A program made the translations under genes and the position numbers. Below, in pieces: positions 1 through 15,271 of a stretch of DNA of 64,000 bases. The DNA comes from the human T2T-CHM13v2.0 reference genome, Homo sapiens, in NCBI RefSeq assembly GCF_009914755.1, contig NC_060943.1. The stretch is one strand, 5' to 3'. The stretch's first letter is position 1. The number at the start of each line of letters is the position of its first letter. The notes below the pieces were generated by a model. It saw only the letters and a program-made list of their open reading frames with translations. It ran no database searches and was not told the origin of the DNA.

Positions 1-250
1 TCACCCAGGCTGGAGTGTAGTGGTGTAATCAATTATGGCTTACTGCGGCTTTTACCTTCCATACTCAAGCCATCCTCCTGCCCTAGTCACAGAGTACCTC
101 GGACTACAGGCATGCAACATCATGCTTGGCTAATTTTTTTTCATGAAGACAGGATTTTACTATGTCGCCCACACTGTGTTTGAACTGCTGAGCTCAAGTT
201 ATTCTCCCATCTCAGCCTCACAAAGTGCTAAGATTACAGGTGTGAACCAC
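1..250 (-). mobile_element. Old Alu (AluJ-like), cut by the window edge
   Basis: tcacccaggctggagtgtagtgg ... caaagtgctaagattacaggtgtgaaccacc; heavily diverged. Confidence 0.85.
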
Positions 251-549
251 CATGTGCTTCTGCAATTTCTTGACAGGATTATTTCCAATAATAAACAGTA
301 CTATGTGGGCACAAATCTAAAAAAAAAAAAACTGTCTTCTTTTGCAGAAGTGTCACTCTCCAGAATTTCAAGGGTCTGTGGCAGTTACTCTAGTAATATA
401 GTTTGATCTATGGAGGTGCCTGAGCTTTGGAGTCAGAATTTATCCTGAGGTTCAGCCCAGCCAATTAGTAGCTTTGGGTCTTTGGACAAGTTTCTTCATG
501 TGAAAGAGTTGTATAAACCACATATGCAAAAAAGGCAGAATGATACTAA

Positions 550-1041
550 TTGCAGAAATTGCAGCAATTTTTCATCCCTCCTATATCCTTTGCCACGTGC
601 TTTTTTACAGCCGTTCCCATTGAGATATGGAATCTGTTTTCCAGACCCTAGATACGGCTGACCTTATTTCCTCAGGTCAGTAGAAACCTGTGAACATGAC
701 CGTGTGCCAGTTTGGGGCCTAGGCTCAAATGGTCTTGAATGCTTCTGCTTTTCTTTCAGAATGCTGCCCTCTCCATGAACAAAGCACATGTTAGCCAGCT
801 GGAGGATAACATAACATGGTGGGTGGGGAAGAGAAGCAAAGTGCCTCTGTTGACAGAAGCAGAAGCTCACCCCCAGAAGCACAGCTTCCTAGTCAAGAAG
901 CAGTTGTTGATACATGTCTGAAGGAGCTCAGCTGGGACCAGAAGAATGGCCCCAGTGAGCCCAGCCTAAATGGCTGACCATCTCAATTATTACCTAATAA
1001 GTTTTGGATGGTTGGTTATGCTGCAATAGCTAACTAATACA
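550..1041 (+). mobile_element. Degraded MLT1-type (ERVL-MaLR) solo LTR
   Basis: 3' terminus taagttttggatggttggttatgctgcaatagctaactaataca is typical of MLT1; the 5' boundary is approximate. Confidence 0.55.
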
Positions 1042-1354
1042 TGCACCCAGTGCAGATAGGTGCCATGATTTAATGACAGGTTGATTACTAGTTACCTTCT
1101 AACAGTGGGCTCCATAAAGGTACTAATATTTTCCCCTGATTTAAAGTTAGATGTGTTGTAAGATAATGTTGAGTAACGCTGCAATACATGTAGATATGTA
1201 TGCATGTGATTGGTCCTTAGTCCCCGCACGCACAGGAGAAAACGTAAAACTACATCCTGACACTTAGGGCCAAGGCCAAATAGCAAAATAATTTTGCCTT
1301 TAATCTGTTTTCTTCATATCTAACATTGGAGGTCAAGACTGTGGACAGATCTGA

Positions 1355-1883
<529 letters not shown>

Positions 1884-2069
1884 TGATTTGTGAATATTCA
1901 TATAGCGTATTATTTATAAATACATATGATCTTACACAAAAGGTTAAAGTCAATACCCTCTGGGGTGGGCCTGTCTCAGTTCAGGGAGGAAGTCCTGCCC
2001 GAAAAGGCTGCAGCCTACGCTGTCACTCTTCATTCAGTCCAGCATCTGATCACATCTGTCACTCAGGGC

Positions 2070-2630
2070 CTGAGGGGGCGGGGGGCCGTCCAATCAGGCC
2101 CGCAGCTGGAGCAGACAGGGCGGCTTCCGGGATTTGGCGCGGCCTTTGTTTCTCGCTGCCGCCGAAGCTCCAATTTTCGTCTGTCTGCTTTGTGTCCTCT
2201 GCACGTAGAAGCCCAGCCTGTGTGGCCCTGCGACCTGCGGGTATTGGGAGATCCACAGCTAAGACGCCAGGGCCCCCTGGAAGCCTAGAAATGGTGAGAG
2301 TGCCGGTCCGACATCCCGAGAGAGGGAACGGGGCTGGTTGGAACCGGTGGGAAGCGGCTGTGGCGGGACCCAGGCCTCCCCGCAGTCAGCTTCACAATCT
2401 GCGCCCAGAGTTCTTGCCCAGCTCGGCCTCAGTCCCCTTCAGCCATACGATGGCGGCCGCGCTGACAGCCGGGGCCCCGGCGTCCTGTCTCTTCCCTGCA
2501 CTGTGACTGTGCCCTGCCCTGGAGCCCTCTCTGGGCAGCTCTGCACCCGCAGCGCTGCGTCTCTCCCAGATTATGCAGGAACCAGAGAGGATCGTCAGAG
2601 GAGAATCCTGACTCGGGCTGCGGGTTCATG
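2070..2630 (+). promoter_or_regulatory. ZNF730: CpG-island promoter and first exon of the KRAB-ZNF gene
   Basis: CpG-dense; GC box ggggcggggg ~2075-2085, CCAAT 2090-2094, ETS-type cttccgg 2124-2130; leader ends in aagcctagaaATG|gtgag, as is typical of ZNF91-subfamily genes. Confidence 0.85.
2291..2293 (+). CDS. ZNF730: ZNF730 coding exon 1 (ATG only)
   Basis: agaaATG followed directly by donor gtgagag; joins in frame to GGA GCG TTG ACA TTT (MGALTF). Confidence 0.9.
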
Positions 2631-4658
2631 AATGGGAAGAGCTTTGGTCTGTGGCGTTCCCAATTCCTCTTTCCTTCTGTTAAAAATTTATGGGAGTCAT
2701 CACCAAAATATTAAAGAATTTAATTAAAGAATGATTCTAAAATTGTAGAGCACCCAGTTATGGGGTGTAGCTTGTTATCCATGGGACGGGCTTGAAGGAA
2801 AGACTTTCATAAGATGCATGATGCAAAAACCCAAATTCAGTAATCGGTTAGGTACAGTTACATAGTTTCTAAATTTGCACCTTGAGCGTACAAATTTTCT
2901 GGTTATGTAATCAGAGCTTAATAGGCAGTTTATAGTTTGTTACGCCTAAATTTTGTTTTCCTTAATGTAGTAATTTACAAAAAAATACATTTGAGTTACA
3001 TTTTTTTTTAAAGTAGGAATCCAGGCATCGCAGCCACGTACCTCGAATTGCCTGTCACTTAACTATTTTCACACTCCACAGGAGACTGATCTTCTGCATT
3101 TTTTTTTCATGTTTCTCAAACGGGGTCTCAAGTCTACCCCTCAACCCCCATTCCTCCAGCCTAACTCTGGCTTGCAGTAAAATACTAAATTTCCAGTTTC
3201 TTCTGATTATCCCAAATGCCAACTTTCCCTCTCTAATTCACATTATTATCTGTTTGTCCTTTAGGGTACATTTTTGATACTGTATTTTAATTATTTTTTT
3301 ACAAACCATTGGGTGGGACATTTAAAAAGATTTGTTTTCTGTTTGTAAATATCGCCCATGAAAATAAACCAAAACTAATTCCCTGACACTGTATTGTAAA
3401 AAAATCTCTGTGCCTCTTTTTCTTTTGTCTCCCCTAGGCACAGAGATCTTGTGAAAGTGTTTTGGGGTCAAGTTTGTTTTTTGTTTTTTTTTTTTGTTTT
3501 TTTAATTTTTATGGGATGATGTATTCTCAGCCACCCTTTAGTTTTTTCCTGGTCCTGGTTTTCAGTACTGGCTGTGAATAAACCAGGGTACACACCATGG
3601 CTATGTCTGCTAGAGTGTTTGATGATTATTAGCTTCTGGGTCATTTTCTCTCACAGGACAACAAGAGGTATGAAGTGTAGTCTCTCAAGAGAGCAGGTGG
3701 ATGCCCTGGGGCTAAGAGGAATCTCCTGGTGTCTTTGAAAAGCTAACCACTTCAGACATTAACATTGTCTTCACCCAACCTAGCTTCCCTTTCTTAGAGA
3801 CACATTGCGGGTCAGCCAATCTTATGCGGGTATTGAGGGAAAAACAGAAGTGATTTCTGCCCCTCGGATTCTCTGAGATTCATGGAAAAAATAGTATCCA
3901 AATGGCAGATTTTACCTATTCTTTTATTTGGTAGCATTCTACAACCAAATGTTGTAGATAATGGGTGAGTTACAAGATTTATGAAATCATCGGTTGTTAT
4001 TTTTGCAGGGTAAATTTGTGACAGTGAATATCTCTGTTCTCTATCCTGTTATCTTAATTTCTGAGTTTAATGCTAAATTTTATAAAAAGAAAAAGAATCA
4101 TCTGCAAACAGAGATTGTTTTAATTTCCTCTCTTCCTGTTTGGATGTGTTTTATTTCTTTCTCTTGCCTGAATGCTCTGGCCAGGACTTCCAATTTTATG
4201 TTGAATAGTGGGGGTGAGAGAAGGCATTCTTGCTCCAGTTTTCAAGAAGGAATGTTTCCAGCTTGTGTCCATTCAGTATGTTGGCTGTGGGTTTGTCATA
4301 GATAACTCATTATTTTGAACTATTTGCCTTCAATGCCAAGTTTGTTGAGGGTGTTAAACATGAAGGATATTAACTTTTATTGAAAACTTTTTCTGTATCG
4401 AAATAATTTTGTGGTTTTTATCTGTAGTTTGTTTATCTGATTAATCAAACATATTGATTTGTGTATGTTGAACAAACCTTGCATCCCAGGGATACAACCT
4501 ACTTGATCATAGTGGATTAGCTTTTTAATGTGCTGCTGGATTTGGTTTGCTAGTATTTTGTTGAAGATTTTTACATCAGTGTTCATCAAGGATATTAGCC
4601 TGAAGTTTCCTTTTTTTGTTTTATCTCTGCCAGATTTTGGTATTAGAATGATGCTGTT

Positions 4659-5631
<973 letters not shown>

Positions 5632-6454
5632 TAATGTCGCTTTTGTCATTTCTAATTGTGTTTATTTGGTTCTTCTTTTTTCACTAATCTTATTAGTGGT
5701 TTATTAATCTTATTAACTTTGTTATAAGATAATAAGATAAGTGGTTATTATCTTATTAAATTTTTCAAAAGATTTAACTCAATAGATTTCTTATTTGTAT
5801 GACTTTTCATGTCTAAATCTCCATCAGTTCAGATCTTCTTGTCTTCTGCTAGCTTAGGAGTTGGTTTTCTCTTGCTTCTTTCATTCTTTTATTTATGATG
5901 TTAGGTTGTTATATTGACCTCTTTCTAACTTTCTGATGTGAGCATCAAAAAGTGCTATACATTTCCCTCTTACCACTGTCTTAGCCATGTTGCAGAGATT
6001 CTAGTATGTTGTATCTTTGTTCCCATTTGTTTCAAAAAACTGCTTAATTTCTACCTTAATTTCATTATTTATTCAAAAGTCATTCACATGCAGATTCTTT
6101 AATTTCCATGTAATTGTATAATTTCAAGTAGTTTTCTTTGTGTTGAATTATATATTTATCAAGCTGTGGCCTAAGAATGTGTTTGGTATGATTTGGGTAT
6201 TATTAAATTTGCTGATAATTGTTTTATTTCTGATTGTGTGGTCAGTTTTAGAGTATTTGACACGTGGTGGTGAGAAGAGTGTATACTGTGTAGATTTCAG
6301 ATGGAGAGTGTTGTAGATGTCTATTAGGACTATTTGGTCAAGCATTTAGTTCTGATATCTTTGTTAATTTTCTGCCTCAGTGATCTGTCTAATAGTGTCC
6401 ATGGGGTGTTGTAGGAGTCAGAATCTAAATCTCTTCATAGTTCTCTAAGAACTT

Positions 6455-6755
<301 letters not shown>

Positions 6756-7249
6756 AGAACTTGTTTTATTCATGTGCGTGCATGGATTTTTAATAACATA
6801 TTTTTTCTGTCTGCTTTTTTTCATAAACATTCTTTCAAGTGCATACCGTATGCCCAAGGCTACAGCTTAGATGTCTGCATCCAGTGTCTACTGAAATTCA
6901 GATGTCCAGTGTTCAAGAACATGTCCAGAGACTTGGCTGTTGTAGAAAAAAGTATAAATTAAAGATAAGAGGCTTTATTCTCTTACGTGAAAGTAAGGGA
7001 GGATATTTTGTTCATCTCTCTTTTTTTAAAACATTTAGATTACACGTAGATAGTTTTCTCTGCTTTTTAGAAATATATGTAAATCATAGTAACAGCTATA
7101 TAAACCTTTTGTTATTCTTTCTGACTCAGAATTGTCTTCATCTAGGACCTCAGAACCATTGCTTTGTTTTTGCTTTGGCAAAGGTTTTTTTTTGTTTTTG
7201 TTTATTTTCATTTTTAGTCTTTTAAAGTAGACACAAATTTGTTTAAAGC

Positions 7250-7637
<388 letters not shown>

Positions 7638-8403
7638 TAAAAAAGATACTGAGTAAACTTTTTTGACAGAAAACTGATTATCCAAGGTAATTATCTCATA
7701 TTTGCAGGCTAAAGTACTTACACTGCAAAGGCAAGAACAGTTCAGTTTATTCACTAAATAGTAGAATCTGTAGGTGGACTTTGGTTTCTGTTACTTCAGA
7801 ACAATTAGTATAGTTAGGTGTAGTGTTTGTAGACAACTTGCATTCACACAAATTAACATTTTGTATAATAGTATGAATATAAGGCTACAATATTTGAATA
7901 AATCCCTTTAGTCATTTTAATATTGTCATTTATACTCTTGAAATATAAAGTGTTTTAACTGAATTATGGTTATAGATATTTTTAAAGTTCTACATACATT
8001 ATGACAAGTACATTAAAATTATTTATACTTAGATATTTATATCTAATATCCAAAGAAAATTCACTACAAAATTGTTACAGTTGTTATTAGTTTGACATGC
8101 TTATTAATTTATCCAATAGGATAATTATAGGTAAGCATTGTTTTAGTGTCTTTCATTTCACTGAATTTGAATGCTGCTTTTACAGGACAAATAAACATAA
8201 TGGGCTATGTGACCACCCAAAACCATAATAGCTCTTCAGTTAGCTATGTTGCAAGCTCAAATATATTCCACTGTATAACAAAGTCAGATTCCAGTTTTTC
8301 ATCAAAAAGTGCTGGTGAAAATTGTCAGATGTATTCCAATATAGATCCCCAATTCACTGGTTAGGAGATGGGAGAGCAGCAGACATGAAAAAGAAACCTT
8401 ATA

Positions 8404-8709
<306 letters not shown>

Positions 8710-10742
8710 GAAACCTTATAAAATTCTGCTGAGAACATGCCTTTTTTTTTCATAATGCTCATGTTTCTCATGCTGACATGCTGAGAGTAGCCATGCATTT
8801 TGAGTGTTTCAAGAAAAATTCCTTTTGGGGGACTATCTTCTGGCCAAGTTGATCAGTCTTACATCTAATCTGAGTTTTTTCTTAAGATGCTTTTAGCTTA
8901 TTTTTTCTTTCAATATAATCTTGCTCAGATTGAGAGCTGTTTTTCTCTCCAATGCTTTGGGTGTCTGTTTCAGAAACCCTATTAGTATCCCATGGTCTCT
9001 GTGAATGAGGTGGGTTGTCACAGGGAGAATATTCTTGGAGTTATCTCTATCTGGATTCATGCTGGAAATCTAGCAGTACTTTTTTTTTTATGTCACCCTT
9101 ATAAATAGAAACTGAGGGTGAAATACTGCTCCCATTCCCATTATTGTGAAGGTGCAGTTCTACCCAGGAGGCCTGCAGTCTCCTCTCCCTGCAGCGCAGG
9201 CTCCACTCTCTGATGTGACACTAGAGTACTGCTGTGGCATTGGGGTTCATGTAAGATGTGAACCAGCAGCTTTGAGCTGTGTGTTGTGGGCTGTGTTTCA
9301 GTGGAAGTTGGTAGGCGTAAAGAGAGGACACTGGCCACTAGGAGAACGCAAGCAGGGTGCTGCACGTTCTACATTCTGTGAGAGGTTCCGAGAGTAAATA
9401 GAATCTGATGGCCAAATCTGTAAATGTAAACAAGCATCTTAGGAGTGAAAGATCAAGACTACAAAGTATCCAGAGCCATAACCACAACTATACCTACCAG
9501 TAAAATGCAAGACTGGAATACAGTATTGTTGTCCTTCCTCTTACTGAAGAGCTAGAATCAGGACAGGTGATCCAGGTTCTGGAGCTCGACCAGAGCAGTT
9601 CCATTTTTTATTTAGAATCAGCCTGAGTCTCTCCTGCCTGGCTTATCATTGGGCAATCAACCCAGGGTAACTGGGAACCCTCTCACAATTACCTAGCCAT
9701 CTTTGAAACATTTGAGAATATCCAGAGCAGAATTTTATCAGGCTGACAAGAGTGGTTAATGCTACTTCTTTCTCAGTGTAAAAGAAATGAGTCATTCTGT
9801 GTTTGTTCCTCCCTCATACAAGAGATAATTTTGGTTGGTACTCAGATGATAGTTTCCCCAGTTTTCTTGTACTTGGGTGAAAAACAAGGAAGAGGTCTAG
9901 AAACTAAAACAGATAAACTGATTGCTTTCATTTCATATTATCATTAGAAAAATAGGTAGAGCAGTTATGGTTCTTATCATACAGAAACTTTTAGTCTAGA
10001 CTAGTGATATGGCTTGGCTATGTCACCACCCAAATCTCATCTTAAATTGTAACTCCCACAGTTTCTACATGTTGTGGTAGGAACCCAGATGGAGGTGATT
10101 AAATTATGAGGGGAGGTGTTTCCTGCACTGTTCTCATGATAGTGAATGAGTTTCACAAGATCTGATGATTTTAAAAATGGGAGTTTCCCTGCACAAGCTC
10201 TCATTTTGCTTGCCACCATCCACGTAAGATATGACTTGCTTCTCCTTGCCTTCTGCCATGATTGCGAGGCCTCCCCAGCCATGTGGTATTGTAAGTCCAT
10301 TAAATCTCTTTTTCTTCCCAGTCTCTGGTGTGTTTTTATCAGCAGTGTGAGAACAGACTAATACAAAAAATTGTTACCAGTAGAGCCGGGCATTGATGAA
10401 AAGATACCTGAAAATGTGCATGTGACTTTGGAACTGGGCAACAGGCAGAGGTTGGAGCAGTTTGGAGGTCTCAGAAGACAGGAAAATGTGGGAAAGTGTG
10501 GAACTCCCTAGAAACTTGTTGAATGGCTGTGACCAAGATGCTGATAATGATATAGAAAATAAAATCCAGGCTGAAATGGTCTCAGATGGACATGAGGAAC
10601 TTGCTGAGAACTGGAGCAAAGGTGACTTTTCTTATGTTTTAGCAAAGAGACTGGTGTTATTTTGCCCCTTCCCTAGAGATTTGTGAAACTTTGAACTTGA
10701 GAGAGATGATTTAGGTTATCTGGCAGAAGAAATTTCTAAGCA

Positions 10743-13740
10743 AGGCAGGTCTCTGTTGAGCCATGGATGCCAGTCTCTGTTCTGCAGGATAGGTTTTGTT
10801 AAAGTTGTTAAAAATAATGCCTATTTTAAGAGATAACAAATGAAATTTAGAGGACAAGAGGATAAAGCTAATTACTATTCTTGGAAATGCTTGATGATAC
10901 AGGATAAAAATAAATACAACACACCCAAATACAGGATGATAGTTTTTTTGTTAGTTGGGTTTTTTAAAGCATAATGCAGGAGTAGATTTATTATAGCTAC
11001 TCCAAATGTTGAAGAGTGATACAGTGACCACAGAGTTAAAAACTCTCACTGTTATTGCTGTTTATTTTACAATAATTGGTTTAGTCTACAAGTTTAAGGC
11101 AAACATACTAATGCATTTGCTTTTCTTCAGAAATCATAAAGATTACATAAAATCTGTACCAAAACTTCTAAGAAATATTCAGTAGTTAAAAATAAGTCTG
11201 ATTAAGATGCTTTACCAGGATACATGAATGAACTAAGGTGGTATATAATGCTTTTTTAAAACAAAATTTTAAAAAATTCTGTTTTAAAGGCAATAAAGGC
11301 AATCTTTATCTTGTTTGAACAATGCATTCTGAAAAGGTTAAACTTCAGAAATTATTTAAAGGTAAATAAGATTGGCATCCATAAGGAATACTATTTATAA
11401 AATAAATGCAGTTATAGAGGCTACTTTAAAGAAGAATAAAATTTGGACTTCTGAGTATGATGAGTGCACAATAATGGGCCACTATCTTGGGGAACACAGT
11501 GCGGCATTACACCACACAGACTGGCATCGCCTGTACATGGTGCTGCTCCATGCTTCTCAGAAAAAGAGTAGATCCATTTTGTCAGCTGTTTTTTATTTGT
11601 TTCCAGTGAGCATAAATGCGTAACATCATTAAGAAAACAAAAATAAAATTTGAAGGAAGGCAGCCCTTTTCAACAGGAAGGCAGAATGTGGCTTATGTGT
11701 CTCCGTTTAGCACTGCCAGGCAGTTTGGCAGCAACTGTAGGTTACCCTTTGCATGCTTCAGTTCTAACTCTGCCAGTTCCACTAGTTTTTTTTTTTTTTC
11801 TGAATGCAGCAATGCTTCTTGTCTTAAAATCTATAAGTTCTTGTTTTGCAGACTGAGATTTTTTTTTTTCAAATTTCTGACTACATAATTGTTGGGAAGT
11901 TTTAGCCAGCAGAACATCTTTATTTTTTGCTCTTGCTTTATCCAGTGCTATATTAGCATTTTCATAATCCAGTAGTGACCTAGACCTTCAATACAGGAGA
12001 TCCTTAGCAGCTTGAGTTTCTCTTAAGTAATATTTTTAAGGGTCAGAAAGTTTGAGGTCCTCATCAGCAGACACTCATGCTTCTATTTTTCTTGTTTTAT
12101 CAAACATTTCTGAAACTTTGAGAAAAAACTTGCGTATATCTGTAGAATCCCGAGTTCCTAAAGCATATAATGAAGAACCAATTCTGTTGTAATAATCTGC
12201 AGCACTTTTGTGGGATCTTGTCCTTCTATGAGTTAGCAGATGCATCCTTATCTCGGTTATGATATTCTAAAAGAAATGTTTGTTCATGCTCAAAGAAATT
12301 ATCTACATCCTTTACTCCGGAAATAATTACTCCATCTGCTGATTTAACCATGTTTTTAAAGAAATCTTCAAGTTTCTCTTTTTATTTTTCCTTGCACACT
12401 CAAATCTTGATTATATTCCAAGAAGACATGGAAATTTAAATATTTTCTCAAAATAGGATGTGCTGTCACATGACATAGGAACACTTCATGCATCACAACT
12501 GTGTTCTTGGATATTCCCAAATATTCAGCTTCCAGTTCCTGTTTCATCTTTGTGAATTCTTCCTTTGTCATTGACCCTTCTCCTTCTCCAAGCTTCTGTA
12601 CTTTTTCCCTTGAAGCATCAAAATCAGCTCTTGGTGGTGCTGGTGGAATGATGTAACCTGCATAGTCTTCATTTTTAACAAAGGAATCATGAAGCCAGAT
12701 AAATTGCTCATGTTGCTGAACAACAGAAAACTCATTTTGTTTAAAATTTGGCAATAAACTCTTTGTGTGAATGGTGAATTTTACTTTATTCCGCTCACTA
12801 AGAGCATCAGAAATGTCCACCAGCAGAGCAGGATCACTTTGAAGATCTACATTTATTGCTTTAAGTCCACAGTTCTCTTCCTGAGAGGAAGTTAGGGCCA
12901 TCGTCCAGGTCTTCCATCCTGGCTGCTCCACAGGATGATAGTTTGTGTAACAAACAAATATTGTCAGATTGCTTATACCCGTATAGAAGAGGATGTGATA
13001 TTACACACAGCATATGCTCGTAAACTGCCAAAATATGATGTGAAGGTTGGCCTAACCAATTACACTGCAATGTATTGTACTGGCCTGCTGCTGGCCTGCA
13101 GGCTCCTCAGTAGGTCAAGATCTGTGACCTATGGCATGGACAAGATCTGTGAAGGCCAAGTGGAGGTGACTGGCAATGAATACAATGTGGAAAGCACTGA
13201 TGGTCAGCCAAGTGCCTTCACCTGCTATTTGGATGTAGGCCTTGCCAGAACTACCACTGGCAATAAAGTTTTTGGTTCCCTGAAGAGAGCAGTAGATGGA
13301 GGCTTGTCTATCCCTCACAGTACCAAACAGTTCCCTGGTTATGATTCTGAAAGCAAGGACTTTAATGCAGCAGTACACCAGAAGTACATCATAGGCCAGA
13401 ATGTTGCAGATTACATGCACTACTTAATGAAGGATGATGAAGATGGTTACAGGAAACAGTTCTCTCAATACATAAACAAAAGCGTAACTCCAGACTTGAA
13501 GGAGATGCATAAGAAAGCTCATGCTGCTATGTGAGAGAATCCAGTCTATGAGAAGAAGCCCAAGAAAAAGAAGTGGAACCATCCCAAAATGTCCCTTGCT
13601 CAAAAGATCGAGTAGCTCAAAAGAAGGCAAGCTTCCTCAGAGCTCAGGAGTGGGCTTCTGAGAGCTAATCCAAACAATTTTCAATGAGGATTTTTTAGAT
13701 GAAGAAAATAAACTTATTGACAGCAAAATTTTAAAAAAAA
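10743..13740 (+). pseudogene. RPL5 (uL18) processed pseudogene, split in two (10743-10945 and 12930-13740)
   Basis: 5' part translates (I)GFVKVVKNNAYFKR*QMKF...[16 protein letters not shown] with start ATG->ATA at 10789; 3' part is ORF 12935-13534 with the native stop at 13666-13668, AATAAA 13707, A-tail to 13740; no introns; TSD aagaaatttctaagca / aataaatttataagca. Confidence 0.93.
10946..12929 (-). pseudogene. SNX6P1: SNX6 (sorting nexin 6) processed pseudogene
   Basis: PX-BAR coding remnant 12920->11693 ([12 protein letters not shown]... to ...LAVLNGDT*), frameshifts, no introns, 3' UTR, degenerate poly-T at ~10943-10965, 15-bp TSD acaggatgatagttt; symbol from recall. Confidence 0.9.
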
Positions 13741-14836
13741 TAAATTTATAAGCAGCAAAGCATTCAAGAGATTACTTGGGTTCTGTTAAGGGCATTCAGT
13801 TTTAAAATGGAAACAGAGCATAAAAGTTTGGAAAATTTGCAGCCTGACAATGCAATAGAATAGAAAACCTCATTTTTTGAGGAGAAATTTAAGCCAGCTG
13901 TGGGAAAAATGTTTCCAGTTCATGACAGAGGTCTTCTCTGCAGCCCCTTCCATCACAGGCCCAGAGGCCTAAAAGAAAAAGACGGCTTTGTGGGTCAGGC
14001 CCAGGGCTCCCCTGCTCTGTGAAGCCTAGGGACTTGGTATCCTGTATTCCAGCCACTACAGTCATGGCTAAAAGGGGCCAAGGTAGAGCTCAGGCTGTTG
14101 TTTCAGAGGGTGGAAGCCCCAAGCCTTGGCAGCTTCCATATTGTGTTGAGCCTGTGGGTTCACGGAAGTCAAGAATTGAGGTTTGGCACCCTCCACCTAG
14201 ATTTCAGAGCTATATGGGAACCCCTGGATGGCCAGGCAGAAGTTTGCAGCAGGGGTGAAGGCCTCATGAAGAATATCTGCTAGGGCAGTACAGAAAAAAA
14301 TGTTGGGTTGGAGACCCCACACAGAGTCCTTACTGGGGCACCGCCTAGTGGAGCTGTGAGAAGAGGGCCATTGTCCTCCAGATTCCAGAATGGTAGATCC
14401 ACTGACAGCTTGCACCATGTGCCCGGAGAAGCCACAGGCACTCAACACCAGCCCATGAAGGTGGCCAGGAGGGAGGCTGTACCCTGCAGAGCCACAGGGG
14501 TGGAGCTGCTCAAGACGATGGGAACCCACTTTTTGCATCAGCATGACCCAATGCGGGACATGGAGTCAAAGGAGATCATTTTGGAGCTTTAAGATTTGAC
14601 TGCCCTGCTTGATTTTGGACTCGCATGGGGCCAGTAGCCCCTTTGTTTTGGCCAATTTCTCCCTTATGGAATGACTGTATTTACCCAATGCTTGTATCCC
14701 CCCCCCCATTATATCAGGGAAGTAACTAACTTGCTTTTAATTGTACAGGCTCATAGGCAGAAGGGACTTGCCTTGTTTCAGATAAGACATTGAATTGTGG
14801 ACTTTTGAGTTGATGCTGAAATGAGTTAAGACTTTG

Positions 14837-15271
<435 letters not shown>

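Noticed and set aside
12935-13534. 199-aa RPL5 ORF as a functional gene
   Set aside because: Lacks the N-terminus, has indels and a premature stop, is intronless with an A-tail: processed pseudogene.
10743-13740. A single chimeric SNX6/RPL5 head-to-head insertion made by twin priming or template switching
   Set aside because: The RPL5 5' UTR and N-terminal codons lie left of SNX6, and SNX6 has its own poly-T and 15-bp TSD, so it is a later nested insertion.
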